The notes under the pieces were generated by a model. That model saw only the letters and a list, made by a program, of their open reading frames with translations. It searched no databases and was not told the origin of the DNA. From Gekko japonicus (taxonomy: Eukaryota): DNA of 64,000 nt. How positions within the stretch are numbered: position 1 is the first letter of the stretch; each line of letters opens with the position of its first letter. A program made the position numbers and the translations under genes. Shown piece after piece: positions 24,820 through 38,304 of this stretch. The stretch lies in the NCBI RefSeq assembly GCF_001447785.1, contig NW_015162565.1, forward strand, positions 1-64,000, written 5' to 3'.

Positions 24820-25485
24820 TCTATATTATCCTTGCAATCCATGGAGGTGGGGCAGGGCAGGACTAGAACAGATCAGAAGGCCTGGAAACTGAGGAAGGCC
24901 CAGCTGGGAGAGGGGAGAAAGAGCTGCAAGAAAAGGAGGATGTTGAGGGTGGGCTGAGGGAAGATTGACCTGCAGGTGGCTCACACAAGGAAGGGACAGA
25001 GACAGCCCCCAGTGAAAGAAGCAGCTCTGGAACTGGAGGCAAAGTGGACCAGGCAGCAGAGAGCAACACGAGGCAGAGCTGCTCCCAAGGTGAGGTGGGA
25101 CAAGCAGACAGGGTCCAAACCTGGAGAAAGGATTAAGGATGCAAATTAAAGGGAAGGTACTCCTTAGCTGTGTTTAAAACCAGAGTATATAAAGGGCTCA
25201 GGGCAGCTAATAATGAGGCTGGGCAAAAAGGGGGAACATCATGTGATGGGTGTCCCTGCCTTCGGAGGTGCTGTTGAGCACAAGTGTGACAGACCCATTA
25301 AGGACTTGTTTTTTGGATGTGCCTGTTGCTGTAGCTATCAAAGAAGTGTTGCAACCACGGTCACAGATTGCCTCTTGCACCTCAGCAGAGATTTAAAGGG
25401 TAACAGAAATCTAGCCAGTGTAACAAAAGTTCACCCTAGTGTCTTGGTAACTGCCAGTGCATTCTGCCAGGCAAGATCTGAAAAG
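24820..25485 (+). mobile_element. Probable degraded LTR
   Basis: Purine-rich U3-like segment and TATATAAAG at ~25186. Boundaries are uncertain. Confidence 0.35.
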
Positions 25486-25689
25486 CGTTTTTACAGTTCT
25501 AATACAGCTAGGTTGAATGACCACAAGGAGTTTTGCTAAATAGATGAAAAACAGTGGGGCACATACTTACAAAACAGAACCATGATAACTATAAGGAACC
25601 TCCAGAAAGCAGTAATAATAGCATTAGAATTAACAGCACCTTAAAGATGTGTCTGACAGCAGCAGTGCTTGAGAAAGAAGCTGGAGTCC

Positions 25690-26696
25690 CTAGACAAGTG
25701 TGTGAGTGTGTGTGGATCCTCCGCACACCCCACTTGCACGTGGGCCTTCCCTCTCTCGCTTCCCAAAATGCTGTTCATTTTGCTACTGTTGTACTGGCTT
25801 ACAGGCTCTGACTATCAAGTTTCAGAAGACAGGCAGGGCAGGGTCATTCAGTCCAAAGGCAGGGTTTCAGAAGTCAGGCTAAGCAAGGTCATCCCATCTG
25901 AGGTCAGGCTTCCAAGAATTAGGCAAGGCAGAGTCAGTGGCTTAGTGTCTATCATACATGTTGCAACCATGCCTAACAGCATCTCTTGGCTAGTTCTGTA
26001 GCCCCATGTCTAAAAGTCATGCTTACAGCCAGCTGCTCAGAAGTAATCCTGCAACTACTCATCTTTGTCATCAGCAAGCAGCTGTCGTCAGGCCAGGAGG
26101 CATGCACTCTGCCTTCTCGCCTGTAGTTCTGTTCTCAGACTCTGTTGGCAGTGTTCTAAGGGTGTAGGAGATACTGGTGGGCTAGGAATGGCTAACTGAG
26201 GTTCACCTGCTGAATGAGGGCTGGAGGTGGCTCCACACCAGCTGTTGGCTGTGAAGCCTGCGTCTCATTCTCTTGCTGGTCAACTTCTGTTAATTCAAGG
26301 CTGGCTACATGGGGCTCCTCTTTTCCTGAGGAGTCTTCTGCTCCTGAGGTGTCCTTGCTATTGCTGAGACATGGCTGACTCACAACAGCTGTTTCCATGG
26401 GCTTCTTCCATCAAAACTGGTAATTATAGTGTCCCCCAAAAATGCTTTCTCTCACCTTCTCTCTGATTTCCTCTTAGCTAACTTGCATGTTTTAAGTGTG
26501 TTTGTGCTTTGCTCTCTTTTATTTCTTTTTAATTAAAAACCCTACTGGTGGAACATTTGCCTGGTTTATTTTGAGAGTTCTCTTAAGGGAAAAATCCCTG
26601 TGAACATTGGTGGAGAATCCCAGTTACCCCCTCTTGGTCTATCTCCTTAAAGCTAATTCCCCCAATTAAATAGGAAACTGCCTGTTTGGGTAACCA
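25690..26696 (+). mobile_element. LTR of the same family as 14092-15016, interrupted by another LTR
   Basis: 25700-25775 resembles 14610-14695 and 26480-26695 resembles 14800-15016. Confidence 0.6.
25787..26387 (-). mobile_element. Solo LTR nested in an LTR
   Basis: tgttgt...acaaca inverted termini with repetitive caggc/cagg subunits. TSD only partial (gctac/gctgt). Confidence 0.5.
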
Positions 26697-26757
26697 AGCT
26701 GCACAGAATTTCATTATCATCCAAGTCCACTCCTTCTCCCTCACTGTTCCTCCTGAC

Positions 26758-27246
26758 CAATGCTCCCTCTATGCTGTGGAGTCTTGTGAGCAAAAATTCT
26801 ACTTCGTGAACTACTGGCATTAAAGTTGTGAGTGAGCGATTTGGCTACTACATAAGTTACTTTGCTATGGAGCCAGAGCCAGTTTGGTGTAGTGGTTAAG
26901 TGCATGGACTCTAATCTGGGAGAACCAGGTTTGATTCCCCACTCCTCCACTTGCACCTGGCTAGATGACCTTGGGCAAGCCATAATTCTGGCACAGCTGT
27001 TCTTGAAAAAGAGCAGTTTCTGTCAGAGCTCTCTCAGCCCCACCTACCTCACAGGGTGTCTGTTGTGGGGAGGGGAAAGGAAAGGAGTTTGTAAGCTGCT
27101 CTGAGACTCCTTTGGGTAGTGAAGGGCGGGGTATAAATCCAATCTCTTCTTCTTCCTCCTCTTCCTGAGCTAAGACAAAAATCTGTGACCTGGAGGCTGA
27201 AAAACTGTGAGCTAGCTCACACTAACTTAGCTTAGAGGGAACACTG
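26758..27246. mobile_element. hAT MITE containing a SINE
   Basis: caatgctccctcta...tagagggaacactg TIRs with perfect 8-bp TSD CTCCTGAC. Confidence 0.88.
26876..27160 (+). mobile_element. tRNA-derived SINE (Squam3-like), full length
   Basis: gagccagtttggtgtagtggttaag..ggtttgattcccc..gtataaatccaatc followed by (TTC)n. Confidence 0.9.
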
Positions 27247-29730
27247 CTCCTGACCCTGTTGCGTTCAGTTTGAGGAGGAGTGTTTTTAAGGATGTGTGTG
27301 ACTGGAAAAATTAATACTGCTGATGAGTAGGTTGATGAAGCCCTTTATACAGTTGCATAGGCCCTAAGAAATTGCTTGACTAGGCAGAAAGGTGCAGTTT
27401 CTTAGGTTTCCCAGGGAGTCTTGGTTCAGGGTTCCCTCTTTCATCTTTAAAGGGTCTCATCTGGACTCCGGTGGTTTAAAGATGCTGGCAGGTCCCACCC
27501 ACAAGCTGAATGGAAGAGCCTGTCAGCCTCTTTTAATGGGCTAGGATCTGGAGTGACTCTTCCTACTTCAGATCTCAGATTCCTCTCACACTTAATCTCC
27601 TGTTCAGCTCTGCTTTGCAGCTAGGCTTGTGTCCTTTCCAGAGCTTCCATTCACCTATGTGATGGGACAGAGGGCCTGTTAGTGGACTGCGGGTCTCTAT
27701 TGCCAAGGAAATTAAAGCAGGACAATTTCCCCCTCAATGTAACAGAGCAGTTTTCATTGTGAATACTGTGCCAACACCAATTCTCAGAGTTTATCCTTTG
27801 CTGATGATATAGACCAGAAGTATGCTATGGGTGTCTCTGATCAACATAGACCCGTTGTTAGCAGATAGCATCCACAGGGCTTAAGCGAACAATCTTATGA
27901 CTTGGGTTTCTTGCCAGCTTAAGTGATTTCTTCTGACCACATTAGATGACTGAGGGGTCTGAACTGGTGTTTCAGAGAGGTGACAAGGTCAGAAAGGCAA
28001 AGGGATTGCAGAGCCTTGCAAATTTTATAGGTCAGTAAAAGGGATTTTCGAGCCATATGCCGCTTGAACAGGAAAGCCGCATCGAGGGAACACGAGACTG
28101 AAGAAATATGATCTTGCAGATCAAATTGTGGTAACAATTCTGGCAGCAGCGACGCTCAGAACCATCTGCAGCCAGTTTAGCAAACAATCTGGAATGCCAC
28201 CAGGAACAAATTAAAATAGTCAATCCTGGAAGCAATGAAAGCCTCCACATGGGAAAGCACGTGGCTGGATAAAACGGTGTTCGGGGGCTTTCTGGTCTCT
28301 TGCAGCCTTGCAACGTTCTTCTGAAAGCGCTGCTTAAACTTTTCACCAGAGCTTTCTTATGAAGACTGAAAGCAAAACAAAGGGCAAGTAAGGGAAAGTC
28401 TGGAAAGGTGAGGTGCCGCATCGCAAGCCCAGAGAGTCAATCAGCCTCTCGTGGCACTTGCTGACAGCCCTGCCGTTCACGCCAGAGAGCGTATGGCGCT
28501 TCCAGCTGACTCTGACCCATCTCTCCTGCTGCATTCTGTTCCACATATGGAGCAGGAGCACTTGGAAGGAAGTGTGTTGATAAATCCCACTGCGAGGAAG
28601 GCGTGTTTCAAAATACTCTCTGCTGTCCAGGCCGTGCACAACACCTGCAGTCCTGATGTAAAGGACTGCCACAAGCAGGAAAACAACCCGTGGCCTAGAG
28701 ATGGGAGGAGGAGGGCAACTGCAGACTGTCAAAACAGGGTGAAAGGAGAGAAGAGACTTGTTCTCAGCTGTGCAGTATATGGCACCAGTTTTGCTATTGT
28801 CTTGTGAGAAGCTGGACGGATAAAGGTTTGTGAGAGCAACTCCTCCTGCCTGTGTGAGCCTACTGAAGAGACGACAAATGAAAGAACGACTATGGCCCAG
28901 CTTATTGAAACCGCCCGCAATGTCAGCACCAATGGGGTGTAGGGGTGTGGACTGAAAACCTGACATGACATCCAGCTTGGCTGCTTGGTTGTATTGGTTT
29001 CTCCCTTCTCTTATACAAAGTATCCTTTGCCAGTCATGGTTCTCCCATGGTTTTTTCCTCCCAAATTTTCCCCATGTACTTTCAGATCAGTACAAATGTG
29101 GTTTGGGGGGAAAATGGGGAAAGCTCAAAGAAAAAAAGACACAGGAAAACAATGATCAGCAAATGATACTGTGCGTAAGAGATGGCAAAAACTGATGATG
29201 TTGTTAAGAAGCCAAGCTGGAGCAAAAACCCAGCATGGGTAGACAGTATCGCATGTGCATAGTCAGCATAGGGTGCATACCTGACTACTACATACCACAT
29301 GATAAGCACTGAGCCCAAAGGAGAGGCTATGCCTATTAAGGTTGCATGATAGGGAAAGGTCATGCTGGAGTCAACATTCATATCAGTGCTGGGCTGAGAC
29401 TGGGAAAGATGCACAAAGTCTCTCTATTGTGTGCACAGGAGCTGGATCCCACTGTCACCAGATGATCATGACATATTTCAAGAAACTACCTCTTGTAAGG
29501 AAATATTGTTGTCTTGAGGATAAGCTTTACTGCACCTACCCAAATCACTAGGGTGATAGGCAGATGTACAAAAACATCACCTGATAGTGAGGACAACCTT
29601 TGGTGCCTGTGGCCATCTGCAGGCAGCTGCTTGCAGAAGTAAACTCTAGATAGAATATCTAGCAGGTCTGGTCGTGCTGGAGAGAAGAGCCACTTTGACA
29701 GGCAAACACAAATGGAACAACCTAAATCCT

Positions 29731-32228
29731 TGTAAAGTACTGGGTTCGCACATGGAGACTCAGACTCCAACATGCTAACTAGACGCGTTTATTGTACTTC
29801 ACAATAAGAGAACACACATGGCCTGGCAAGGACCAACTATATACACCGGGCACACCCACAGTTCCATTGGGGGGGTTGAATTTCCTGCCAAAGGTCCTAT
29901 TGGAGGACTCAGGGTGGTCTAGGATCCTTGGTCCCTATTGTGTTAGGAATCAAGCTAAGGACTGAGGCCACAGACCCCTGGTGGCAGTCCACGGACATAA
30001 CACCCCTCCTCCCATAGTTTCAAGCCAACCTATGTCACATAGTCTTGTAGGTAGGCTGGCGGCTGGCACTCTCGCAGGGAATGCCGGGCGCCAGGATGGG
30101 GTTGCTCATAACCGGCTCTGGCCAGTCAGCTGGGACACTTAGCTGCGACGATGGCTCTTCTGGCCCCGGTGGCATGGGTGGCATCACGGCTGTTGGTGCC
30201 TCAACCAGGGCCGGTGGACTTGCATTGACACTTGCCTCTGATGCGTAGCTCTCAGGCCCGACGGGCCTTGTGGGGGCCTTCTCCTCTGCTGGGAGCTGTC
30301 GCCTCCATAGCTGGTCCACATGTTTCTTGAGGAGCTGTCTGTCCTCCGTAGACACTTCATAGGAGACCGGACCTGTGGGCCTGACGACCCGGCCCGCCAG
30401 CCACGGGGGTCCTTTCCCAAAGTTCTTAATGAAGACTGGGTCTTCCGGGAAGTACCCCCGAAGAGCCTCCCTTTGTTTAGTTAGCCTCCTCGACTCTGGC
30501 ACTCGGTCCAGATGCAGCCGGTCCAGCAGAATGTTGGGATGGCGGCCCATCAGGAGTTCCGCTGGGCAACGGCCATTGACGGGGTTTGGAGAAGTCTGCT
30601 GAGTTAGTAGGAAATGGGCTAGTCAGAACTCCCAGTCTCCGTCTGTGATCCTGCTGAGGGCTTCCTTTGCAGTGCACACCATCTGCTCTGCTTGTTCATT
30701 GGTTGTGGGGTGGAAGGGTGCAGACCTCATGTGCCAGATTAGGTTCCGCTGGAGGAAGTCTTGGAACTTCTCCGAAGTGAATGCTGCCCTATCGTGTCCA
30801 GCAGCCCATGGGTCGCGAAGATCCGGCGCAGCATGCAGATGACTGCCATCGTGGACGTGGTGGTGACAGGGCTAATCTCCAACCATTTGGAGTATGAGTC
30901 TACTGTGACTAGGAAGATCCGTTCTTGAAAGGGGCCGGCAAAGTCAATGTGTAGCCGGGACCATGGCTTGTGGGTAGACTCCCAAGACTGAGTGGGTGCA
31001 CTCAGTGGGTTCGTATGGACCACCTGGCAAGTCTGGCACCTCCGCACCCAGGACTCAATCTCCACATCAATCCCTGGCCACCAGACATAGCTCCGGGCCA
31101 GGGCCTTCATCCGGACTATTCCTGGGTGGGCTTCATGGAGTGCGGTTAGGACACATCATCTCAGGGCATTGGGGATGACCACCCTATTCTGGAGGTGCGC
31201 TTGGAAGTCCATGTGTTTAGCCATAGTTGTGGGCTTGGGCACGTAGTACTTGGTCAAGACCACGATAATCTTCTCATACATATTTTCTAGGAGCACCTTG
31301 GGAGCCAGGAGGCTTTTTGCTAGTCGGATGGTGGCAACCCCACAGGAGATTAGGAGGAGAGCCCTTTCTTTGCTGGCACTGGTGACCTCATGGTAGGCGA
31401 GATAGGAGGTTAACTGGTCTACCCACGAGTCCCAGAATTCGGGGTGTGTGGGGTCGAAGGTGTCCCGGAGTTGCCACCATGACTCTTTAGCGAAGTGGAG
31501 AGCAATGTCCAGGAGCGCTGTGTGTATTGTGGTGCTGCTCGGGAGCGATGCGAGGTGTGGCAGCTTCCACTGGATCGATGCTCGGTGTGGTGCTGGATTA
31601 AGAGTCTGGCTCGCTCAACGGGATCCCAGCTTCATTGCCACTGTAAAGTACTGTGTTCACACATGGAGACTTGGACTTTGCTGGCACTGGTGACCTCATG
31701 GTAGGCGAGATAGGAGGTTAACTGGTCTACCCACGAGAACCAGAACTCGGGGTGTGTGGGGTCGAAGGTGTCCCAGAGTTGCTGCCATGACTCTTTAGCG
31801 AAGTGGGGAGCAATGTCCAGGAGCGCTGTGTGCATTGTGGTGCTGCTCGGGAGCGATGCGAGGCGTGGCAGCTTACACTGGATCGATGCTCGGTGCGGTG
31901 CTGGATTAAGAGTCTGGCTCGCTCAACGGGATCCCACCTTCATCGCCACTGTAAAGTACTGGTTTCGCACATGGAAACTCAGACTCCAACATGCTAACGA
32001 GACGCATTTATTGTACTTCACAACAAGAGAACACACATGGCCCAGCAAGGGCCAACTATATACACTCCACCCGGGCACACCCACAGTTCCACTGGGGGAG
32101 GTTGAACTTCCCGCCAAAGGTCTTATTGGAGGACTCAGGGTGGTCTAGGATCCTTGGTCCCTATTGTGTTAGGAACCAAGCTAAGGACTGAGGCCACAGA
32201 CCCCTGATGGCAGTCCGCGGACATAACA
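29731..32228 (-). mobile_element. Gypsy LTR retrotransposon, non-autonomous (gag N-terminus plus integrase only)
   Basis: LTRs 29731-30002 and 31950-32228 (TG..CA), TSD ATCCT, PBS tggcgatgaagg, PPT gggaggagggg. Integrase motifs HEAHPGIVRMKALARSYVWWPGID..CQTCQ and RLHIDFAGPF. Confidence 0.95.
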
Positions 32229-32489
32229 ATCCTCATACTTTCTCCTCTTTCACGATGTACTTGACATACAGCACACTAATAACTAACAGTGCTGGGCTCC
32301 TCTGCATCTATCCCAGTGCAGAGAAATCCCAGATTTTTCAAGTCTTCTGGGTACAAAGTGATCCTAGCAATATTAGGACTGAAACTCTCACACATGTTTC
32401 AATGAAATCCCAGTGAAATTGATTAAACTGGTGGCAGGCAACCTTTTCCAGCCCAAGTGCTAAAACCCAAAATGTCTGCTTGTGATGAT

Positions 32490-32602
32490 AGATTCACATG
32501 GGGTAGCCATGTTGGCCTGAAGCAACAGAACAAAGTGTGGGTCCAGTGGTACCTCTAAGACCAACAACGTTTTATTCATGGTATAAGCTTTCATGTGCAT
32601 GC
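32490..32602. mobile_element. Penelope-like fragment
   Basis: gggtagccatgttgg..tccagtggtacctctaagaccaac..ttattc..gtataagctttc. Confidence 0.55.
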
Positions 32603-34793
32603 CATGGAACTCAAACTCTGTTCTACTTGTGATGATGTTGGTGTGCCAGCAAACAGAATATGGATGGGGAGATGAGGATTATACTTGGCCAGACACACTT
32701 AGACCAAGCCAAGTCCCAGTGGTGCTGCCTGCACGTCAGAGATTGGCTTTGAATTCACCAGCTGGCTGTGCAGATATGGAGTGATGCCATTCCTCTTGAA
32801 TTCTCTCACAGCCCTAGCCCCAGCAGTGCTCCCAGAACCAGTGCCTTGGTTGCCTGGGTGAAGATGTGGCCTTGGCTCTCAAGCAAAATGTGCCAGGGGT
32901 TAATTACCCCTGTATTAGACCTATCAGACAGAAGGTGGCAAAAGGAACCATGGGCTGAGCTCCCAAGAACTGTTTGTAGAGTTCCACACATGCAGTGTGA
33001 CTTTCCTACCCACCCTCTTCCACGTCTTCCTTTCCATCCACCCAAAAGACATCTCTTAAGGTTTGTTTGTTTGTTCGACTTTTATCCCTTTCACCAAAGT
33101 GGCTCAGGGCGGCTTACAAACCTCCAGAATGGTACCAGAACACCCTCCAGAATAGTACCAGATGCAGCATGGTGGTTTGCCAGTGTGGAGACCAGGATAA
33201 ATTAGGAAACTGTGAACAAAATTGCCTTCTGCTTTGGCAAGTGACTCTTTGAATCCTAACCATTCTCTGTCTAGTCAATCTCATAAACACAAGTTGCCAC
33301 CAAATTTGTCCTGAAGCGTAATTTGTAGTAAACTGGGAAAGTGGGCAAAATATCTGAGGAACTTCAGGATTTTCCAGTAAAATGAGAGAGGTACTGCTCA
33401 TTCCTGTTTGCATTACAGGCGGATATGAATAAATGGACACTTGGAGATGGGTCACATCTGCTGCCTCCACCCCCAGGCTCCATGAATTAATGTGAAGTGC
33501 TCTGAATTTTCATTGCAATGTACAGCATGTGGGGCACAACTCTTCCTCTCCGGCTCCATTTGTTTATATCCCCTGTCATATCACATGAATTGTTGTTATT
33601 GATTTAGTTATTAACTTATTACTCACTTTTGTAAAGTAAAGCTACCAAAAGGTAAATTGAAGATGAAATTGGAGATTATAATTCAGACAACACTTTGGAG
33701 GAATGTTGAGGGGAATAAAAAGTTTCAGCCCTGCAAGGTCTTTCAAGCACATCTGCCATTGACAGTGCACTACTTAAAAGACCCCTGAATGATTAACTAT
33801 ATACACAATGGGTGATTAAATATACACATTACAAATATCCATAAAAGAATAAAGTATTCAGGCACCAGTGAATAATTCCTAAAATGGTGCAAGTCTTCTG
33901 TCACAATCAGGGCTTGCTTGAGGACCGCCATTTTGACAGAACTCATCTTCCTAAAGAGCTATGAATTAATGATGCAGCTAAAATTCCCCATTTCAGATTC
34001 AGATTTCGAGAATTTATATGTGGGTCATAGAAGAAAAATCTCTAGTACATTCAGTGGGACAGATGCCATTCCCCTGATCCCAAAAGTAGTCCTTGCCCTG
34101 CATTGTAATGAGGAACAATCCCTACCCAAGAAATACTTTTTATGCCTTTCTGGTGTGAGTATACTACAGCTCCCTTTTGTACCCTGTGACTGTTTACTGT
34201 CAATGCTAATAGCAGCCAATAACTATGAACTGATGTCATTTCACAATTAAAAAGGAGAGAGAGAAAGAGCACATTAGCTTTTTTTAAAAATTGCTCTTTG
34301 TAAGTTGCCCATGGATACGGCTCACAATTAAATATGTTAATGGCCAACTCAAATGACTGCTTTTAATGACTCTCTTATTCAAATGAAGGGCAGAATTTGT
34401 CAAGGGGTGCTTGGAGGATGCGCTGGGGGTTTTAACAACACTCAGGAAAGGGAACGACAACCCTGGACAAAAGTATGTTTGGTAACATACCGGAATCTTC
34501 ACTGGTGTGTTCGCATACCCCGTGCAAAGCCTTGCAGTGCTCCTTCCCTTGAGTTCCATGAAATGAAGAGGCTGTTCTCCCACCGAGTGTGACAGAGCTG
34601 CCCAGCTCAGAAGCAAGAAGCATGTGCCTCATTATGATCTTTCCCAGCAGGGCTGGATGCCGGCTGCACCATACTAATCAGGGGGCATACATAAAGAGAC
34701 ACAGGGTGGTGTTCAGGAGGAGCACTGCACACAATCTCCTGGAGATGAGGTTTCCTTTTCTTCCTTAAAGGCAAGGGAAACCATTTTCTTTTC

Positions 34794-34918
34794 CCATTAT
34801 TGGCTAAATCACTTCATGCTGATGGCCAGGTACAAGATCTAGAGGAAGAAATCCATTATTGGCTAAATCGCTTCATGCTGGATTGCTGTATGGCCAGGTA
34901 CAAGATCTAGAGGAAGAA
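34794..34918. repeat. Local tandem duplication (period 59 bp)
   Basis: ccattattggctaaatc..gtacaagatctagaggaagaaa occurs twice; the first copy lacks 9 bp. Confidence 0.9.
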
Positions 34919-35064
34919 AATGCTTTATGGCAGATTTCCCAGACCCTGCCAGCACTGTAAATTAAACATGGCGTGTATCCTTTGTATGACTGCAAATTGT
35001 GGCAGGAGAATCTGACCTGGTGGTCAGGTGTTGAGCAAATGGACTGTTGATGTAGTAGCACTAA

Positions 35065-35145
35065 GAAGAGCCCATCCTAAGTATGATCTTGGAAGCTCAG
35101 AAGGGTCGGCCCTGGCTAGGCTTTGGATGGGAGGCCTTCAAGGAT
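35065..35145 (+). mobile_element. 5S-derived SINE head fragment
   Basis: gatcttggaagctcagaagggtcggccctggctaggctttggatgggag resembles 5S. Confidence 0.6.
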
Positions 35146-37517
35146 GAACCTGTCAAATTTATCCTCACTCATCCCATCACTGGATTCTTCTCCAGTGGAC
35201 TAGGTAGTCCATGTATCACAAGTGGGAACTTTCACAATGAAATGCAGTTTCCTTGTTTAAACCCACCTCCATGTAAAAACAGAGCTGGTACAAACCTATG
35301 AAAGGATGGCTAACACTGTGAAATCAGCATGGTGATATTTTGGTCAATGCTCTGAAACTCAGCCAGGTCAGTGCTCTGAAACCCAGCAGATAAACTGTTG
35401 AGTTTACAACTCCCCATGTCCTGTAAAACTCTGAAACGTGGGATCACCCATTAGGTCATGATGTCTTTGGTGTGACAGAGCATCAGTCAGACTGGTGTAC
35501 TAAAAAACCCACATAGTGTTTTTGTTGCATCAGACTTTACATTTCAAATGTGCCAAACTCCACCTAGATAATGCTAGTACAAAAATCATGCTGTACTCTA
35601 GGATAATGAATTTGTAGCTCTCTGTTATGATTTTCATCATACATCAGCATACAGAATAAAGTTCAGGGTGGTATTTTTCTTACGTGTGTCTAATATTTTG
35701 GAAAGAATCATCTTATATAAAAATAATCAATGTGAAACAGATAAGAATTTCAAAAGAAAATAACAAAGGGCTACTCCCACAATCCTCTGCTTTCTGGCTA
35801 GCAATCCATATTAGATCTGGAAAGAGCAAAGGCTGAGCATAAAGCAGAGCTGGATGGGATTGTGATGAAGCATTTGGGCCTTTGGGGAGCTTAGGGTAAC
35901 TGAGGAGCTTTGAATTAAAAACCCCAAACCTGCCCTTGGACACTGAGTTCTACCTGACATCTGAACAGCTCTAATTGATTTCAGTGGGAGTTGCATTCAT
36001 TTATATCCAATGGTAGACTTTAGCATTCTGTGCTTAAAATGCAGTAGCTCATGCATTCAACAGTTAAGAACCACTATAGGTACTATTGCCAGAGGAGATT
36101 CTTGTCAAGATACAGCTTGATGGAAGGGGTGGGTTGCATAATATTTGGGATTTATGAACTGCTGCATTGGAAAGGATATTTCAAACACAGAGAGATGATA
36201 TAGATAGAACTATAGATACATTGGATACTTCAAGGCAGGGGGGAAAAAGCCAGATGGGAGTTCAGGGGGCTGGGGGGGGGGAGTTACACTCCATATGCCT
36301 TCAAAGAAGCAAGGAAATGGCTGAGGATGAACTTCAGTTGGACAGTAAAGACAAAATAAGTGCTCAGTCCTTCTGTGCAGATCTGGCATTGGAGCTGAGA
36401 ACAGGGGAGCCGAATAGGGAAGGTCTACCAGCTTCCAGAGTTGATCTTTTGGATCCCTCCAAACCTTCCTTTATCCTCCTTCACAATCACTCCATATAGG
36501 ACACATTTGTATTAGCCAGGCATTTCCTTGGCTGCAAGCAACATGGTCCAGAGGGATAGGAATACTGATTGGATCCTGATGGTGGGAATTGTTTTGCTTT
36601 CGATGGTTAGACAATCTGCATTTATGTGGTTGTGTTTATTCTCTTTTATTGGTCACAGATGCTGAGTCAATAGGTACCAAATGCAACAAGAAGTCGTATT
36701 TACTTCCTGTTTACATGCTTCTTTTTAGTATAACTTGCAGGCAGTGGGTTTAGAACTTGCTAATGCCAGCTGTACATTTGGCCCTGGCAACTGTCTTTTG
36801 CTTTCCTGTTGGCATGTCTGTTGTACATTAACTGAACCCAGTGACTCACTGCTCCATTTCTTTCCAAACCTGTCACAAAGAGACCTCCTTTTATTTTAAC
36901 TTTAATTTTGCAAAAGTCACTGGAAATGCGTAAGAGGTACATTGAGAATGGAATTTGGGCTGTTCCACTGGTGTTCTTATTGAACTCCTGGGATGGATTA
37001 TGTATCACACATATGTTTCACCAAAAAATTCCTTTGGGCAATAGAAGCAACTAGCTAAGATCTCAAAGATACTGCTCTAACTAGATGGCACTAATGACCC
37101 TTGCTTTCATGCAGCTCCTTTGTGAAATCTTCCAGATAACTTCCAGATTTGCAAATAAACAGAAGGGAGAGGGAGAAGAAGCATATTGGTTGAGCATTAC
37201 TAGCCTCCAGAAACTAAATCAAAGGGTTACTCTTGGCTTTGCTCAGCATTTGGAATGAACAAGTGCCTACCTGTTTATCGAACTCTGGTTAATTTGAAAC
37301 AAGTGATTGACTGGTTCCATGAGCTGGTGCTAAGAAAGTATTGTTCAGTTTTGGTAGAACAAAAGCAGTTCTGCTTTCATTTTGATAACATGACAGTTCA
37401 AACATTTGTGAGCAATGAGAGATCATTTATTTGATATGGCTGTTGTCCAGGTTATGGGAACTGACTGGTTTATAGACAGGCAGACAGAAAGACACAGATA
37501 CAACATTGGATTCTGCA

Positions 37518-37682
37518 TAGAGTTACCAACAACTGGGGGGGGGGACCATCTCTTTAACATGGGCTGAATGAGATGTTATTTACCTCTGTGCCATGAAAAG
37601 CTTCAGTGGCCCATTTTCATACATTAAGCCCTTTGTTAAAAGTACAAGACCTTTCCTCCCCTCCAGGTTGTTGGCAACCTTA
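37518..37682. mobile_element. hAT MITE (decayed)
   Basis: tagagttaccaacaac..gttgttggcaacctta termini; TSD attctgca / gttctgcg. Confidence 0.6.
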
Positions 37683-38304
37683 GTTCTGCGTTGGCAAAAA
37701 TGGTTCCTGTCTTTCAATGCTAAGAGAAGATAGTTTGGAACTGATGAGCACAGCACATAGTTTTACACTCAGTGTAGGAGCTGGATAACAATGAAGGTCT
37801 TTTACTAAAGGAACCGTCAGCCAAATTCACAATGCTTCTTTGATTAGCCAAAATGGTTTTGTATGTTATGCCTTGGGATGTTTCTTCAAATTCTTCTCTT
37901 CCCCTTCATTCCAGCCCCCAATTTTTCTATTATTTGGCTTAAATAACATTTTGTGTGCTGGTTTTTATTTCAAATAACAAATGTCTAATGTTATGGTTTA
38001 ATTAACTAAACAGTCTGAACATTATACTAATGTTTATGGGACTAGAGATGCCGTGGTACTCTGAAGACCAAGCATTTAGTCACTTTTCCTCCTAATATTC
38101 ATTCCCCTTTTGGATAGGGAATCCTCACCACAGGGTGAGAAATCCCTGTTATTATCTTGCAGTTACTTGTTGTTATAACTATTCCTCCATTTTTTTAAAA
38201 AAAATAGGGAACTAACTACTTGAAAATCTCCTTCACTGAATGTTTTGTTGTCCCTCTGTGCTACTATGAGAAGTTGTATCATCTAGACACAGAAGCCTTC
38301 AGGG

